The notes beneath the pieces were generated by a model. The model worked only from the letters and a program-made list of their open reading frames with translations. It was not told the DNA's origin and searched no databases. Positions 20,229 through 30,496 of a stretch of DNA of 64,000 nucleotides are shown piece by piece. How positions within the stretch are numbered: the stretch's first letter is position 1; the number at the start of each line of letters is the position of its first letter. A program made the translations under genes and the position numbers. Source of the DNA: Chitinispirillaceae bacterium (GTDB lineage Bacteria > Fibrobacterota > Chitinivibrionia > Chitinivibrionales > Chitinispirillaceae); the NCBI GenBank assembly GCA_016929595.1, contig JAFGIN010000044.1:14269-78268 (forward strand), read 5' to 3'.

Positions 20229-20873
20229 GTGATTTACATGTTTGAAGCTGTTGCCCGTTTCTTTCAACAGGGTGGAGTCTGGATGTATCCAATCGTAGCC
20301 GTCTCGGCATTTGCTCTGGCGGTGATATTTGAACGTCTGTTCTATTATTATTTCCATTGCAGAATAAATGCAAAAGGTTTACTTACACAAATAACCCGGT
20401 TTATCCGGGGTGGTGATCTCGAAAAAGCCCGTCAGATATGTACAAAAACAAAATCTCCATTATCAGTGATTCTGGAATGCGCAATCTGGCATTATCAACA
20501 GCAGGAGCCAGACCAGGAGATCCAGAATGCAATCGATGAAATTGCATTACGAGAACTGCCAAGGATTCAGAGAAATACACACTATTTGTCACTGTTCGCC
20601 AATATTTCTACACTCCTGGGTCTGCTCGGTACGATCTTTGGCCTTCAGGAAGCTTTTGGTGCCCTGAGCGCTGCGGATCCATCTCAAAAAGCAACTGTAC
20701 TTGCGAATGGTATTGCAATTGCCATGAATACAACAGCACTTGGATTGATTGTTGCAATTCCCTGTATGATAATGTTTTCGGTACTCGGCTCAAAATCCAA
20801 CAGTATTATTGAAGAAATCGATGAGTCATCTGTGCGTCTGCTCAACTTTTTATTTTCACAGCGACGAATGTAA
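20229..20873 (+). CDS. exbB: MotA/TolQ/ExbB proton-channel family protein.
   Basis: Three TM helices with the characteristic LGLLGTIFGLQEAF...GIAIAMNTTALGLIVAIP region, and an AGGAG Shine-Dalgarno site. Confidence 0.85.
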   Translation: MIYMFEAVARFFQQGGVWMYPIVAVSAFALAVIFERLFYYYFHCRINAKGLLTQITRFIRGGDLEKARQICTKTKSPLSVILECAIWHYQQQEPDQEIQNAIDEIALRELPRIQRNTHYLSLFANISTLLGLLGTIFGLQEAFGALSAADPSQKATVLANGIAIAMNTTALGLIVAIPCMIMFSVLGSKSNSIIEEIDESSVRLLNFLFSQRRM

Positions 20874-20890
20874 TAAAACTGAAAAAGTGA

Positions 20891-21385
20891 TTGATAACAA
20901 CCATGGCAAAAACATTTCCAGCAACTAAACGTGTCAAAAAATCCACGGGGCAATCTGTTGTACCCTTTGATCTGGACGTCACGCCTGTGATGAACCTTTT
21001 TATGGTGCTCATCCCGTTTTTAGTCTCAATGGCAGTGTTCACACATATTGCGGTTGTGGATTTTTCTCTTCCCCCTGCACAGAGTGAAAACTCTGAAGGC
21101 AGTGAAGAGACAAAAGAGCTTGATATTTCAATCGTTGTAACAGTACAGGGATTTCGTATTGTTGGAACCGGTAAAAAACTTGACTTAATAGAAAAATCAC
21201 GAGGACAATACCAGTATGAACAGTTGCGGATATTGTTGAAGGCTATTAAATTCCAGTATCCTTCACAAAAAAGTGTCGTCCTGGTACTGGAATCTGATAT
21301 TCTTTATGATGATATCATCAAATTTATGGACATCTGCCGAGAGTCCCAATTCCCGGATATTGGTCTGTCAGGAGATATCGGATGA
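20891..21385 (+). CDS. exbD: ExbD/TolR biopolymer transport protein (paralog 1).
   Basis: A single N-terminal TM (DVTPVMNLFMVLIPFLV) followed by an ExbD periplasmic domain. Confidence 0.8.
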   Translation: MITTMAKTFPATKRVKKSTGQSVVPFDLDVTPVMNLFMVLIPFLVSMAVFTHIAVVDFSLPPAQSENSEGSEETKELDISIVVTVQGFRIVGTGKKLDLIEKSRGQYQYEQLRILLKAIKFQYPSQKSVVLVLESDILYDDIIKFMDICRESQFPDIGLSGDIG

Positions 21386-21702
21386 AACTGAAAGCCAGCA
21401 CGATCAAAGGGTATCCTTCACTTGAAATATCCGGTCAGATTATTGGAGACTATGCAGCACAAGTCAAATCAAAAATCGATACCATCAGCCGTAAACACAA
21501 AGGTAACCTGGTTATCAACCTCTCAGAAGTTACCTTCATAGACAGTTATGGATTAGGTGTTTTAGTTTACATTTGGAAGTTATACAGGAGTAACTCCAGA
21601 GATATTATTTTTCTCTGCAGTGGTAATTTCGATCTGGATATATTTTCGGCAGCCAACCTCGATTCTCTGTTTACAATTATACGATCTGAGGGTGAATTAT
21701 GA
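21382..21702 (+). CDS. STAS-domain protein (SpoIIAA/anti-sigma-factor-antagonist-like) embedded between the two exbD genes.
   Basis: NLSEVTFIDSYGLGVLVYIWK matches the STAS fold signature. There are ATGA overlaps with both flanking exbD genes. Confidence 0.65.
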   Translation: MKLKASTIKGYPSLEISGQIIGDYAAQVKSKIDTISRKHKGNLVINLSEVTFIDSYGLGVLVYIWKLYRSNSRDIIFLCSGNFDLDIFSAANLDSLFTIIRSEGEL

Positions 21703-22217
21703 GCTTTCCGGCCTCGAAATCTTCATTGAAGATGGTCCGCAAAACACGCGGTAGAAAATCTATTCAAGGAATAAAGCCCCAATTGACATCACTTATTGAT
21801 GTAATGACAATTCTCCTTATTTATTTACTGAAAAGTTTTTCATCTGAGGGTGAAATCGTTACCGTTTCAAAAAATCTGATACTTCCCGAATCATCTGCAC
21901 AGAAAAGACCGGAACTTAATGTCACACTGACAGTAAACAGCTCGGTCATTATGGCAGAGGATAAAGTTGTAGCCGATGTGCAGAAAGAGCTCAATACTGA
22001 AGATCTTGTTATAAACGGCTTAAATTCATGGCTTCAGACGCGCAGGGAAGCGACAGAAAAAATTTCTCAATACTCTACTAAAACAAAATTTAAAGGTGAC
22101 ATTACTATCCAGGGGGATAAAAGAATCCGCTTCAGGCTTTTAAAAAAAATCATGTACACCTGCGGACAGCAGGGATATAACAATTTTTCACTTGCAGTCA
22201 GAAAAAAAGGGGACTGA
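21699..22217 (+). CDS. exbD: ExbD/TolR biopolymer transport protein (paralog 2).
   Basis: The N-terminal TM (LTSLIDVMTILLIYLL) plus an ExbD-like periplasmic domain. Confidence 0.8.
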   Translation: MSFPASKSSLKMVRKTRGRKSIQGIKPQLTSLIDVMTILLIYLLKSFSSEGEIVTVSKNLILPESSAQKRPELNVTLTVNSSVIMAEDKVVADVQKELNTEDLVINGLNSWLQTRREATEKISQYSTKTKFKGDITIQGDKRIRFRLLKKIMYTCGQQGYNNFSLAVRKKGD

Positions 22218-22220
22218 ACT

Positions 22221-23276
22221 TTGCGTGAAAATAGAGTCATTGTTGTATCCTCCTCCACATCAGGCACTCTGAGCAACAATATCATCAATTCGATCCGGGG
22301 TACTCCTTTTTCTTTTTTCAAGTCGCGTTTATTCCTTCCTGTACTTTTCTCACTGCTATTCCACAGTATGCTGATCTATTATGTTAACTCGATAAAAATT
22401 TCTCCTGAAGAAACTATTGTAATAGAGAATGTGTCTGAGCGTTTTGCCAGGCTTATAATCGAAAAACCACTTCCAAAAAAAGTTCCTCAGCCGACCAGAA
22501 GTGACCAGCCAGGTGAATCTGGAGAACAAAAAACAACACAGCAGACGCAAACTCAATCCCAGACAGAATCCGGCCCGATTACAACGGTACAGCGGAAAAA
22601 AGCGAAGACTAAAGTTCAAGCACAAGTAAATAAGGTAGAGCAAAAAGTGCGGACCGTAGGTGTTCTGGGAATGCTCACCGGAGTTGGCGCTACCGCAAAG
22701 GGTCCGGCAGTAGCGGATGTACTGGGTGCAATAGGCGATAAAAAAGATAATTTTAAAGATCTTGATGATGCACTCAACAAAATGACCGGGCTTAAAAAGA
22801 CGCCATCCATTGACATACTAGACAAAAAGCTGGTTAAAAGCAAAGAGGTCTCAATATCACACAAAGAAGAGATTGATGACCTGATTGCCGGCATTGGACA
22901 AGCGGAATCAGTGAATCTGTCAAAAAAAGGGAACTTTATCATCCAGAGGCCTGAAAGCATTGAAGGCGCAGCATCATCGAATGCCCGAAGAGATAACAGT
23001 GCAATAAATGAGATCGTTTCTTCCCACAAATCCAGTATCCGAATGACTTACGAAAAATTTTTAAAGCGAGATCCCACACTAGCCGGAAAAGTAACCGTAC
23101 GATTTACCATTACAGCATCAGGCTCTGTGACCAAAATCCAGATTATTGAAAACACCACTGGTAACAGTGAATTTGAAGAGGAGATTCTCAGGAAACTGAG
23201 AATGTGGAAATTTGATCCCATACCTGAAGGCGAAGTGACGGTTTCGTACCCCTTTGTTTTCTCCTCATCAGGGTAA
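22221..23276 (+). CDS. tonB: TonB-family energy transducer (N-terminal TM anchor, Pro/Gln/Lys-rich linker, TonB C-terminal domain). It probably starts at a TTG.
   Basis: The C-terminal stretch AGKVTVRFTITASGSVTKIQIIENTTGNSEFEEEILRKLRMWKFDP matches TonB_C. Confidence 0.8.
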   Translation: MRENRVIVVSSSTSGTLSNNIINSIRGTPFSFFKSRLFLPVLFSLLFHSMLIYYVNSIKISPEETIVIENVSERFARLIIEKPLPKKVPQPTRSDQPGESGEQKTTQQTQTQSQTESGPITTVQRKKAKTKVQAQVNKVEQKVRTVGVLGMLTGVGATAKGPAVADVLGAIGDKKDNFKDLDDALNKMTGLKKTPSIDILDKKLVKSKEVSISHKEEIDDLIAGIGQAESVNLSKKGNFIIQRPESIEGAASSNARRDNSAINEIVSSHKSSIRMTYEKFLKRDPTLAGKVTVRFTITASGSVTKIQIIENTTGNSEFEEEILRKLRMWKFDPIPEGEVTVSYPFVFSSSG

Positions 23277-23300
23277 CTATTTGCATTCTCCGGAGTAACT

Positions 23301-24194
23301 ATGAAAATTTCCATGACAATCTCTTTACTTTTCCTGCTATTGTCCAGTTCTTCTGCAGCCGTTATAACTCGCGGCTCGGTACTTGACATTCAAGTACTGC
23401 AGCACCCTGAATTTTCTGGTCGGTTTGCGGTCAGTGAAAACGGGACTATCGAATATCCGCTGCTTGCCGATGTCCCTATTGCGGATGTAACGACATCGGA
23501 ACTTATGAATGATCTCACCCTTCGTCTTATACGCCATGTCGACAATCCTCTGGTACTGGTTTCAATAGTTCAAGACCTCCCGGTAGTAATCGAAGTACTT
23601 GGTCAGGTCGTAAACCCCGGTCATATCACGATCACTAAAGGTGCATCTTTGCAGGAAGTTCTCAAAATTGCCGGCGGTCCACTTGAAAGTGCAGATCTAT
23701 CCCGAATTAAAATTATCTACCATGACCGTCCGCGTACACCGATAATGTATGACTTTGACAAATTCACTAAACAGGGTGACATAGAAAATATGCCGACACT
23801 GCAAGCTGATGATCAGGTAATCGTTCTTGCCCGGGAACGTACAAAAAAAGTAAAAGTAATCGGTGCAGTACGTAAACCTGGATTATTCACACTGGATGAG
23901 AAGATGAATCTTTTTGAAATTATCTATCTGGCAGGAGGGCCTGATGAAAAAGCGGATCTTTCAAAGATCCGGAGATTCTCTCAGAAATCTGACACTACAA
24001 CGAATGAAGAGCTCCTTGATATCCAGTCCTATATAGATAATGGTAAAATGGATGACATTCCGTTAGTTAACGAAGGAGATATCATCATTGTCTACTCTAA
24101 ATGGTTTGATTGGAAAACACTTCTTACGGTTCTGAACAATGCACTACTTTTTGTTGTGACAATCCAGACTTTTGCGGGATTATTGGAAAAATGA
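23301..24194 (+). CDS. wza: Polysaccharide export protein (Wza-like; Poly_export plus SLBB domains).
   Basis: The Poly_export motif (LDIQVLQHPEFSGRFAVSENGTIEYPLLADVPIADVTTSEL) and the SLBB repeat (VIEVLGQVVNPGHITITKGASLQEVLKIAGG). Confidence 0.85.
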   Translation: MKISMTISLLFLLLSSSSAAVITRGSVLDIQVLQHPEFSGRFAVSENGTIEYPLLADVPIADVTTSELMNDLTLRLIRHVDNPLVLVSIVQDLPVVIEVLGQVVNPGHITITKGASLQEVLKIAGGPLESADLSRIKIIYHDRPRTPIMYDFDKFTKQGDIENMPTLQADDQVIVLARERTKKVKVIGAVRKPGLFTLDEKMNLFEIIYLAGGPDEKADLSKIRRFSQKSDTTTNEELLDIQSYIDNGKMDDIPLVNEGDIIIVYSKWFDWKTLLTVLNNALLFVVTIQTFAGLLEK

Positions 24195-26356
24195 ACCAGA
24201 TTATGACTCCTAAGCTTCGCACCAGTTCTGGTTTATACGAATATATCTCAATTGTGATCAGAAGAAGATGGATCATAATTATTTCATTTTTTAGTGTTTT
24301 TTTATCAACTCTTTACTATGTTAACCAATTAGAAGATGTTTTCGAATCCTACTCCACAATTGTTATTGAAGAACACAATACGTATGTTAACCAGATGATA
24401 AACACCCCCGTACGATCGCTGGATTTTTACGAAGGGATTCTAAACAGCCGCAGTTTTTTAAAATCGGTACTTGACAGTATCGATCTTGAAACATTCAAAC
24501 GAAATATTCCAAAAATGGATCAGGAGAACGCGTTACATTATATTAATAACAATTTTATAATGCGAAAAACAACGTACACCTCATTTCTTCAGCTCTCAGC
24601 ACACGCACCGGTTAAAGAACTTGCCTTTGCTATCGCTTCAAAGGGCACAGAAATTTTTCGCACACGATGTCAGGAAGTTGCCGGTGAAGAATCCCGGCTG
24701 GCAGTAACAGAAATAGAAAAACAGCTTGACATTGTAAGATCCAATCTTGAAAAAGCAGAACATGATTACAGAAGTTTCAGTGAAAAAAACGGGCAGATTC
24801 AGGAAGGTTCCACACCAGAGTTGAAGACTTTACAGGAAGCCTATGCCGGTGGTCTTGCGCAATCCGGACTGAAAGAAGCAGATCTTAATGCAGAAAAGAA
24901 ACTTCTTGCCAGACTTGAAACTAAAATAAATCCGGAAAGCGACAACCGTTCACCAGAATATTTAAAGCTCAGATCACGGCTTCGTGAGCTTGAGAAAGAG
25001 AAGATGCGGCTTGAAGAACTTGGGATACGGTTAAGCGGCCTTTCGACTGTTGACAGAGACATTGTAGCAGTTGAAACTGAATTGCTGAAATACAAGCAGA
25101 CATCCTTGGTCACAACTACCGATCCAGGTATGATCCGTCAATGGCAGGAACTGAGGAAATCTGTACTTGCAAAAGAAACCGAGCTTGAACTGTTCAAAAG
25201 AAAACTGGAAGCATACAAAAAAGCAATTAATACCTACAAATCAGAAAATCCGGATATACTCTCCAACTCTCTTGAGTTATTGCGTCTGGAAAGATCAAAG
25301 GAAGTCTATGAAAACATTTACTCCATGCTTCTGGAAAAACTCGAAGAGGAACGAATTAAAAGCAGATCCAGTACAGCCGGTGTCAAAATTGTCGATCTGC
25401 CTCTTATGCCATCCAACCCCATACCCAAAAATGAGCATCGTTTCTATCTTTTGGGTATACTCCTTGGTTTAATCTTAGGAGTTGGTCTCGCTTTTTTAAT
25501 TGAATTCAATGACACATCTCTCAAAAATAATGAGGACATCGAAAAATACCTTGAATTACCGGTAATGGGAACGATTCCACACATAACAATTAGTAAAAAA
25601 AACGACATAGAAATTCAACGCAAATCAGCAAAATCATCAAAACAGGTCTCCGTTACGCAATATCCTCGTTCGGTGCTTAATTTCAGTGGTGATGATTCTG
25701 TAATCGCCGAATCGTACCGGTCTTTACGCACAAATTTATCATTCGTAAGCCCTGACCATCCGCTTCGGACAATAGTGCTGACTTCAGCCGGACCATCAGA
25801 AGGTAAGTCGTTAACAATATCCAATCTCGCTGTTGCATATGCCCAGATGGGAAAAAGAACGTTACTTGTTGATTCAGATCTGCGTCGACCGGTACAGCAT
25901 CATATTTTTAATCAAAAACGAGAGCCTGGCCTTTCTGACTGTTTCATCGATAACCCTGATTTTGAACGTATTATCAAAAAAACCGAGAAAGATAACCTGT
26001 TTGTTATCACAGCGGGAACTTTTACCCCCAATCCGGCGGAGCTGATTGCATCCAACAGGATGAGTAAACTGATCGAATATTTCAAAGAAGCATTTGATGT
26101 GGTCTTTTTTGATACTCCGCCAATAGTCGCGGTAACCGATGCAACACTGCTCAGTAAAAAAATGGATGGCTTACTTCTTGTCGTACGATCTAATCATACA
26201 GACAGAATGATGGCATCCAGAGCAATAGGTAACGTCAAAAATGTGGGTGTCAATGTAATCGGCACAGTACTCAATGATATAAACCTGTCGAACAGATACA
26301 CCAGTTATGGCTACTATAAATATTACTATCATTATTATAAATCCAGGACCAGCTGA
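24191..26356 (+). CDS. wzc: Polysaccharide co-polymerase/BY-kinase (Wzc-like chain-length determinant plus tyrosine autokinase). The start is placed at an internal ATG that overlaps the wza stop (ATGA).
   Basis: Two TM segments, Walker A (TSAGPSEGKS) and Walker B (VVFFDTPP), and a C-terminal Tyr cluster (YTSYGYYKYYYHYYKS). Confidence 0.85.
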   Translation: MNQIMTPKLRTSSGLYEYISIVIRRRWIIIISFFSVFLSTLYYVNQLEDVFESYSTIVIEEHNTYVNQMINTPVRSLDFYEGILNSRSFLKSVLDSIDLETFKRNIPKMDQENALHYINNNFIMRKTTYTSFLQLSAHAPVKELAFAIASKGTEIFRTRCQEVAGEESRLAVTEIEKQLDIVRSNLEKAEHDYRSFSEKNGQIQEGSTPELKTLQEAYAGGLAQSGLKEADLNAEKKLLARLETKINPESDNRSPEYLKLRSRLRELEKEKMRLEELGIRLSGLSTVDRDIVAVETELLKYKQTSLVTTTDPGMIRQWQELRKSVLAKETELELFKRKLEAYKKAINTYKSENPDILSNSLELLRLERSKEVYENIYSMLLEKLEEERIKSRSSTAGVKIVDLPLMPSNPIPKNEHRFYLLGILLGLILGVGLAFLIEFNDTSLKNNEDIEKYLELPVMGTIPHITISKKNDIEIQRKSAKSSKQVSVTQYPRSVLNFSGDDSVIAESYRSLRTNLSFVSPDHPLRTIVLTSAGPSEGKSLTISNLAVAYAQMGKRTLLVDSDLRRPVQHHIFNQKREPGLSDCFIDNPDFERIIKKTEKDNLFVITAGTFTPNPAELIASNRMSKLIEYFKEAFDVVFFDTPPIVAVTDATLLSKKMDGLLLVVRSNHTDRMMASRAIGNVKNVGVNVIGTVLNDINLSNRYTSYGYYKYYYHYYKSRTS

Positions 26357-28161
26357 TGTCCTTTCATATAATCCCGGGAAACCTGCGTACATTTTCAGAG
26401 AACAAGCATTACAAAAAACTCTGGGGATCTGCTATATCCTCTGCTCCGTATCTTTTAAGAAAATTCATCAATTTTTTCTCATTTAAGCACAGTGGTGTTG
26501 AACGACTGATACAAAAGTGTTCAGAGAACGCCCGTATTATTGACTTCGGAGCAGGATCCTGCAGTTTCAGCAAGTATCTTGCATCCAGGCGTAACTTTAC
26601 CGTTATAGCCGTAGACTGGTCATACACCGCCTTAAAAAACGCCCATTTGAATTTCCCGAATGCCCGGATTCTACCAGTATGTGCCGATCTTCATTATCTG
26701 CCCTTTAAAAAAAATGCATTCTCAGCATTTATCACCATTGACACATTCGGACATCTCTACAATCAGGAAATGGCATTTGATTGTCTTCTTAATACTCTGC
26801 AACCGGGAGCCTGCGGTTTCTTTCATAGTGAGTGTGCTGATTACCGGAAACGCTGGCCGGATTCCATGTTACTGCGCAGGATTGGTCATGATATTCCAGC
26901 GGAATCCGACGGTCACATCTCCTTATTTCCGGGTGCTGCTATCCTACGAGCTCTTAAATGTCGATTTACTGTGCTATCCTCTTTTTCTCCGGCAGGATAC
27001 CTCGGCTGGTTAACGGGATACCCGGAAAAATATACGGAGGCATTTGCCCGTGCCGGAGATAAACCAATGTACCGGCTGACCAGTTTAATGGCCCACATGA
27101 AAAATCATCTCATTGGCAAATTACTTCTCAGAATTATCAACTATTCAACCAATCGTATTGAACTCTTTTTAAACCTTCAGGGCGGCGGATCTTTCTTTGC
27201 CGATGTGATTAAACCGGTAGAAGAGAAAAGGATAAATAAAACATCAATCGATATAATCATCCCTACATACCGCAGAGAAGAGCAACTTAACATCCTGATC
27301 GGACATCTTCTGCCACAATGTAAAGATCATGATACAATCATTATCATTTCTCAGGATCTATCCTTAACCTTGAAACACTCTTCCAGACATATTCATGTGC
27401 TCCATAATTTTCCTCCGAACCTCCCGGATGCCCGAAACAGAGGTGCACTCAGCGGAAACGGTGATATTATTCTGTTTCTCGATGATGATACTATACCATG
27501 TGATGCTCTGCTTGAAAAGCACCGCACTGCCTATCTGGACAAAACGATTAATTGTATTGCCGGATCGATTGCTGACACGCAATTCCCGACAACGGAACAA
27601 CCATCATTTTTCGATATTCATACAGGGAAGCTTATACAAAATTTCACATTCCCCGACATTTCATTTTCAATCAGTTTTATGGGTGCACACTTTTCATTGC
27701 GTCGCAGTGTTTTCGCAGAGACTGGCCTGTTCGATACCTCGTTTACCGGCAGTGCACACTGGGAAGATATCGATTATTCTTTTCGATTACAAAAAAAAGG
27801 GTATAGGATATATTACAATCCGGAAATCAGAGTTACCCATCTGAGCACAACCAGAGGCGGCTGCCGGTCAGTTACGCAATCGGCATTCTGCTTCAATTAT
27901 TTCACCAACTCTGCATATTTCTCACTGAAGTACGCACCTGTCCGGTATTATTCATCATGGTTTACTTACTGGAAGTACCGTATTGAATTTGAAACCCGCA
28001 CACATCAGGCAACAACATTTCCTAAACACAGTATATATCTCCTCAGCGCATCATTCCTTGGGATTGCAGCAGCAGCAGTCCGTTTTATTTGCAAAGGTAA
28101 AAGAGTCGGACTTCCTGAAACAGTTATTCACCAGTGTGATCCGGGACACAGCAACCTATGA
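26356..28161 (+). CDS. Bifunctional class I SAM-methyltransferase (N-terminal) and family-2 glycosyltransferase (C-terminal).
   Basis: N-terminal IDFGAGSCSFSKYLA...VIAVDWS (Rossmann MTase motif I). C-terminal IDIIIPTYRRE...FLDDDTIP (GT2 DxD). Confidence 0.75.
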   Translation: MSFHIIPGNLRTFSENKHYKKLWGSAISSAPYLLRKFINFFSFKHSGVERLIQKCSENARIIDFGAGSCSFSKYLASRRNFTVIAVDWSYTALKNAHLNFPNARILPVCADLHYLPFKKNAFSAFITIDTFGHLYNQEMAFDCLLNTLQPGACGFFHSECADYRKRWPDSMLLRRIGHDIPAESDGHISLFPGAAILRALKCRFTVLSSFSPAGYLGWLTGYPEKYTEAFARAGDKPMYRLTSLMAHMKNHLIGKLLLRIINYSTNRIELFLNLQGGGSFFADVIKPVEEKRINKTSIDIIIPTYRREEQLNILIGHLLPQCKDHDTIIIISQDLSLTLKHSSRHIHVLHNFPPNLPDARNRGALSGNGDIILFLDDDTIPCDALLEKHRTAYLDKTINCIAGSIADTQFPTTEQPSFFDIHTGKLIQNFTFPDISFSISFMGAHFSLRRSVFAETGLFDTSFTGSAHWEDIDYSFRLQKKGYRIYYNPEIRVTHLSTTRGGCRSVTQSAFCFNYFTNSAYFSLKYAPVRYYSSWFTYWKYRIEFETRTHQATTFPKHSIYLLSASFLGIAAAAVRFICKGKRVGLPETVIHQCDPGHSNL

Positions 28162-29261
28162 ATGTTGGATGGTTGTTTCCCGATAGAGAACGATGCGGCA
28201 TTGCAATCTACTCCCGAAACTATATTTCCGCACTAAAAAAGCATTGTGACATAAAATCGGTAAATAGTGACCAATGGCCGGACAGTCCGGAGAAATTCAG
28301 CGGAGATCTTAACAGCTGCGACTTGATTCACATTCAATATGAAAACTCACTTTTTGCAATGCGTAATCGCGATTACTATACTACTCTTTTACGTACACTA
28401 AAAAAGCCACTGATCGTGTCGCTCCATGAAGTGTACCGACATTTTCCAGGTGTTTTCCCACGGGATCAGATCAGGGGTGGAATTTTTGTATCATCAATTA
28501 AAAGGTGGTATTATGATTTCAGGCACCCTCTTCAAACTGCATATAATAAACACGTTTCATCCGGCTTCGGAGCATCAGTGCTGCTTGTCCATCACCACGC
28601 TCATAAAGAGATACTAGAGAAAAGGATACCACACAGCTGCCCGATACTCGTTTTACCACATCCGGTATTGAAAGTGAAACACATTGGTTTGGCCAATCGT
28701 TCACAAAAAGGATCTATTATGCTGGGTTCAACTGGTTTTATAAATCCGGAATTTGATTATCTTTTATTATTTGAGACACTTCAAAAATTAAATTGTGAGT
28801 GGAAGTTCTTATGGATCGGAGGGATTAGAATCCCGGAGCACCTGAAATTACTCGATAGTATTAACCAGGAGGTCAATAAAAGACACTGGAAAGATAAATT
28901 TATCATCACCGGCTGGGTCTCAGAAGAAACTCAGAATGACCTCCTTCAAAGCATTGATATCTATTGTGCATTTTTTAAAAACCGAAGCTCATCGGGCAGT
29001 CTGGCACGGGCGATAGGAGCATACCGGTTTATCATTGCCACAGAGTCTCATATTGTTCATGAAATAAACGTCTCCCGGAAAAACAACGTAATCACAGTGG
29101 TCAATGCAGACAGTAATCAGATTGCAGAAAAAATTGATTTCCTTTCAATTGATAAGACCTCACTTATGCAGCTTCAAACCCTGGATGATTATACTACCAC
29201 CTTTAATTTCGATACGATGGCCCTAACATTGATTAAATTGTATAAAAGCATCACACTGTAA
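28158..29261 (+). CDS. Putative glycosyltransferase (GT-B, group 1-like).
   Basis: ATGA coupling to the upstream gene, a weak GT-B C-terminal domain pattern, and operon context. Confidence 0.45.
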   Translation: MNVGWLFPDRERCGIAIYSRNYISALKKHCDIKSVNSDQWPDSPEKFSGDLNSCDLIHIQYENSLFAMRNRDYYTTLLRTLKKPLIVSLHEVYRHFPGVFPRDQIRGGIFVSSIKRWYYDFRHPLQTAYNKHVSSGFGASVLLVHHHAHKEILEKRIPHSCPILVLPHPVLKVKHIGLANRSQKGSIMLGSTGFINPEFDYLLLFETLQKLNCEWKFLWIGGIRIPEHLKLLDSINQEVNKRHWKDKFIITGWVSEETQNDLLQSIDIYCAFFKNRSSSGSLARAIGAYRFIIATESHIVHEINVSRKNNVITVVNADSNQIAEKIDFLSIDKTSLMQLQTLDDYTTTFNFDTMALTLIKLYKSITL

Positions 29262-29416
29262 GATAACACTAATTATTTTTGGAATAATTGCACGACCTCT
29301 GCTCATACTTTTATGTTTCGGACTGAGCGGCTCTACGTTGAAAAACCGTCTCTCCAGACAGTTGAATAGTGATCCGTTTCGGACTTTTCTAAAAACTTTC
29401 TCTCAGAACCAGCTCT

Positions 29417-30496
29417 ATGAAGAAAAAGAAGCGACTATTGTGGGATTTCCGTTTATATTCGACCACTTATGCAAAAAGGGGTGTTGGTACTTATTGTACT
29501 GCTCTTTGCAAACAATTATTTCCGCTACTCGAAGATTTCGACATCTATATCTGGGGCAACGTTAATAATGCACCAGAATTTCTCAGAAATGCACCGGTAC
29601 ACTGGATACCATATGATTCAACCTCATGGAAGAAGGATCTTTTCAGAATTCCCCTTCTGATTTACCGATTTAAGATCAGTATTTTTCATTACTGGATACA
29701 TCTGGGCCCCCTGGACAAATGTGGAACCGGCCTTTTCCACCCCTGCAGAACGATTGCGACAGTGTATGATCTTGGTGTTGAGTTGTGGGATCTGCCCCAT
29801 TCAAATATGATCAGGAAAAGGAAATTCTGGACTATTCAGAAAATTCTTTCAAAATCAATCAATACAATATGCGCTATTTCTTCTCACACAAAGAACGATT
29901 ACATTAAGCTGTTTTCACGAAAAGAGACATCTATTCAGATCATATATATGCCGCACGACCAGCCCCATTTCTATAAAAGAAATCTCGTTTCCCCCTATTT
30001 CCTGTTCCTTCGTGGCAGTGAACATAAAAATGAGAAGAATATTGTTGCTGCATTTCTTAAATTTCATGAAAAACACCCCTCTTACTCACTGATCCTGCTA
30101 GGTGAGAACGCAAGTGCTCATGATACTTCATTTTATACAAAGGAAAAGAACATTATCACCGAGCCATCCATGGATTATTATCATGATTATCTCTGTCATG
30201 CAACGGCTCTTCTTTTCTGTTCGTTTCAGGAAGGGTTCGGCATACCTCCGATTGAGGGAATGGCTGAAGGGTGTCCGCTGATAGTCTCCGATATTCCCCC
30301 TCTTCGGGAGACATGCGAAGACTCTGCGTTGTTTGTCGACCCGAATAATATTTGTCAAATTGAAGAAGCTATGATTGCATCAATTGAAAATAATACAAGC
30401 TGGTCGAAGAGATCATTTTCTGCAGGAAAAAGGTATCGCAGTAATTCATCAGAAAGTGCCCCGCATCTTTTGCAATGTTATAAGATGCTGACATAA
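29417..30496 (+). CDS. Glycosyltransferase family 1 (GT4-like).
   Basis: EGFGIPPIEGMAEGCPLIVSDIPPLRE matches the GT1 EX7E region. Confidence 0.8.
   Translation: MKKKKRLLWDFRLYSTTYAKRGVGTYCTALCKQLFPLLEDFDIYIWGNVNNAPEFLRNAPVHWIPYDSTSWKKDLFRIPLLIYRFKISIFHYWIHLGPLDKCGTGLFHPCRTIATVYDLGVELWDLPHSNMIRKRKFWTIQKILSKSINTICAISSHTKNDYIKLFSRKETSIQIIYMPHDQPHFYKRNLVSPYFLFLRGSEHKNEKNIVAAFLKFHEKHPSYSLILLGENASAHDTSFYTKEKNIITEPSMDYYHDYLCHATALLFCSFQEGFGIPPIEGMAEGCPLIVSDIPPLRETCEDSALFVDPNNICQIEEAMIASIENNTSWSKRSFSAGKRYRSNSSESAPHLLQCYKMLT

Noticed and set aside
24110-24190. N-terminal 27 aa extension of wzc (MENTSYGSEQCTTFCCDNPDFCGIIGK) overlapping wza by 85 nt.
   Set aside because: The internal ATG at 24191 gives the canonical ATGA stop/start coupling, and the Wzc N-terminus should begin near its first TM segment. 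The extension is treated as an ORF-caller artefact.
26309-26356. Tyr-rich C-terminal tail of Wzc (YYKYYYHYYK) as an odd low-complexity repeat.
   Set aside because: This is the normal autophosphorylated Tyr cluster of BY-kinases.
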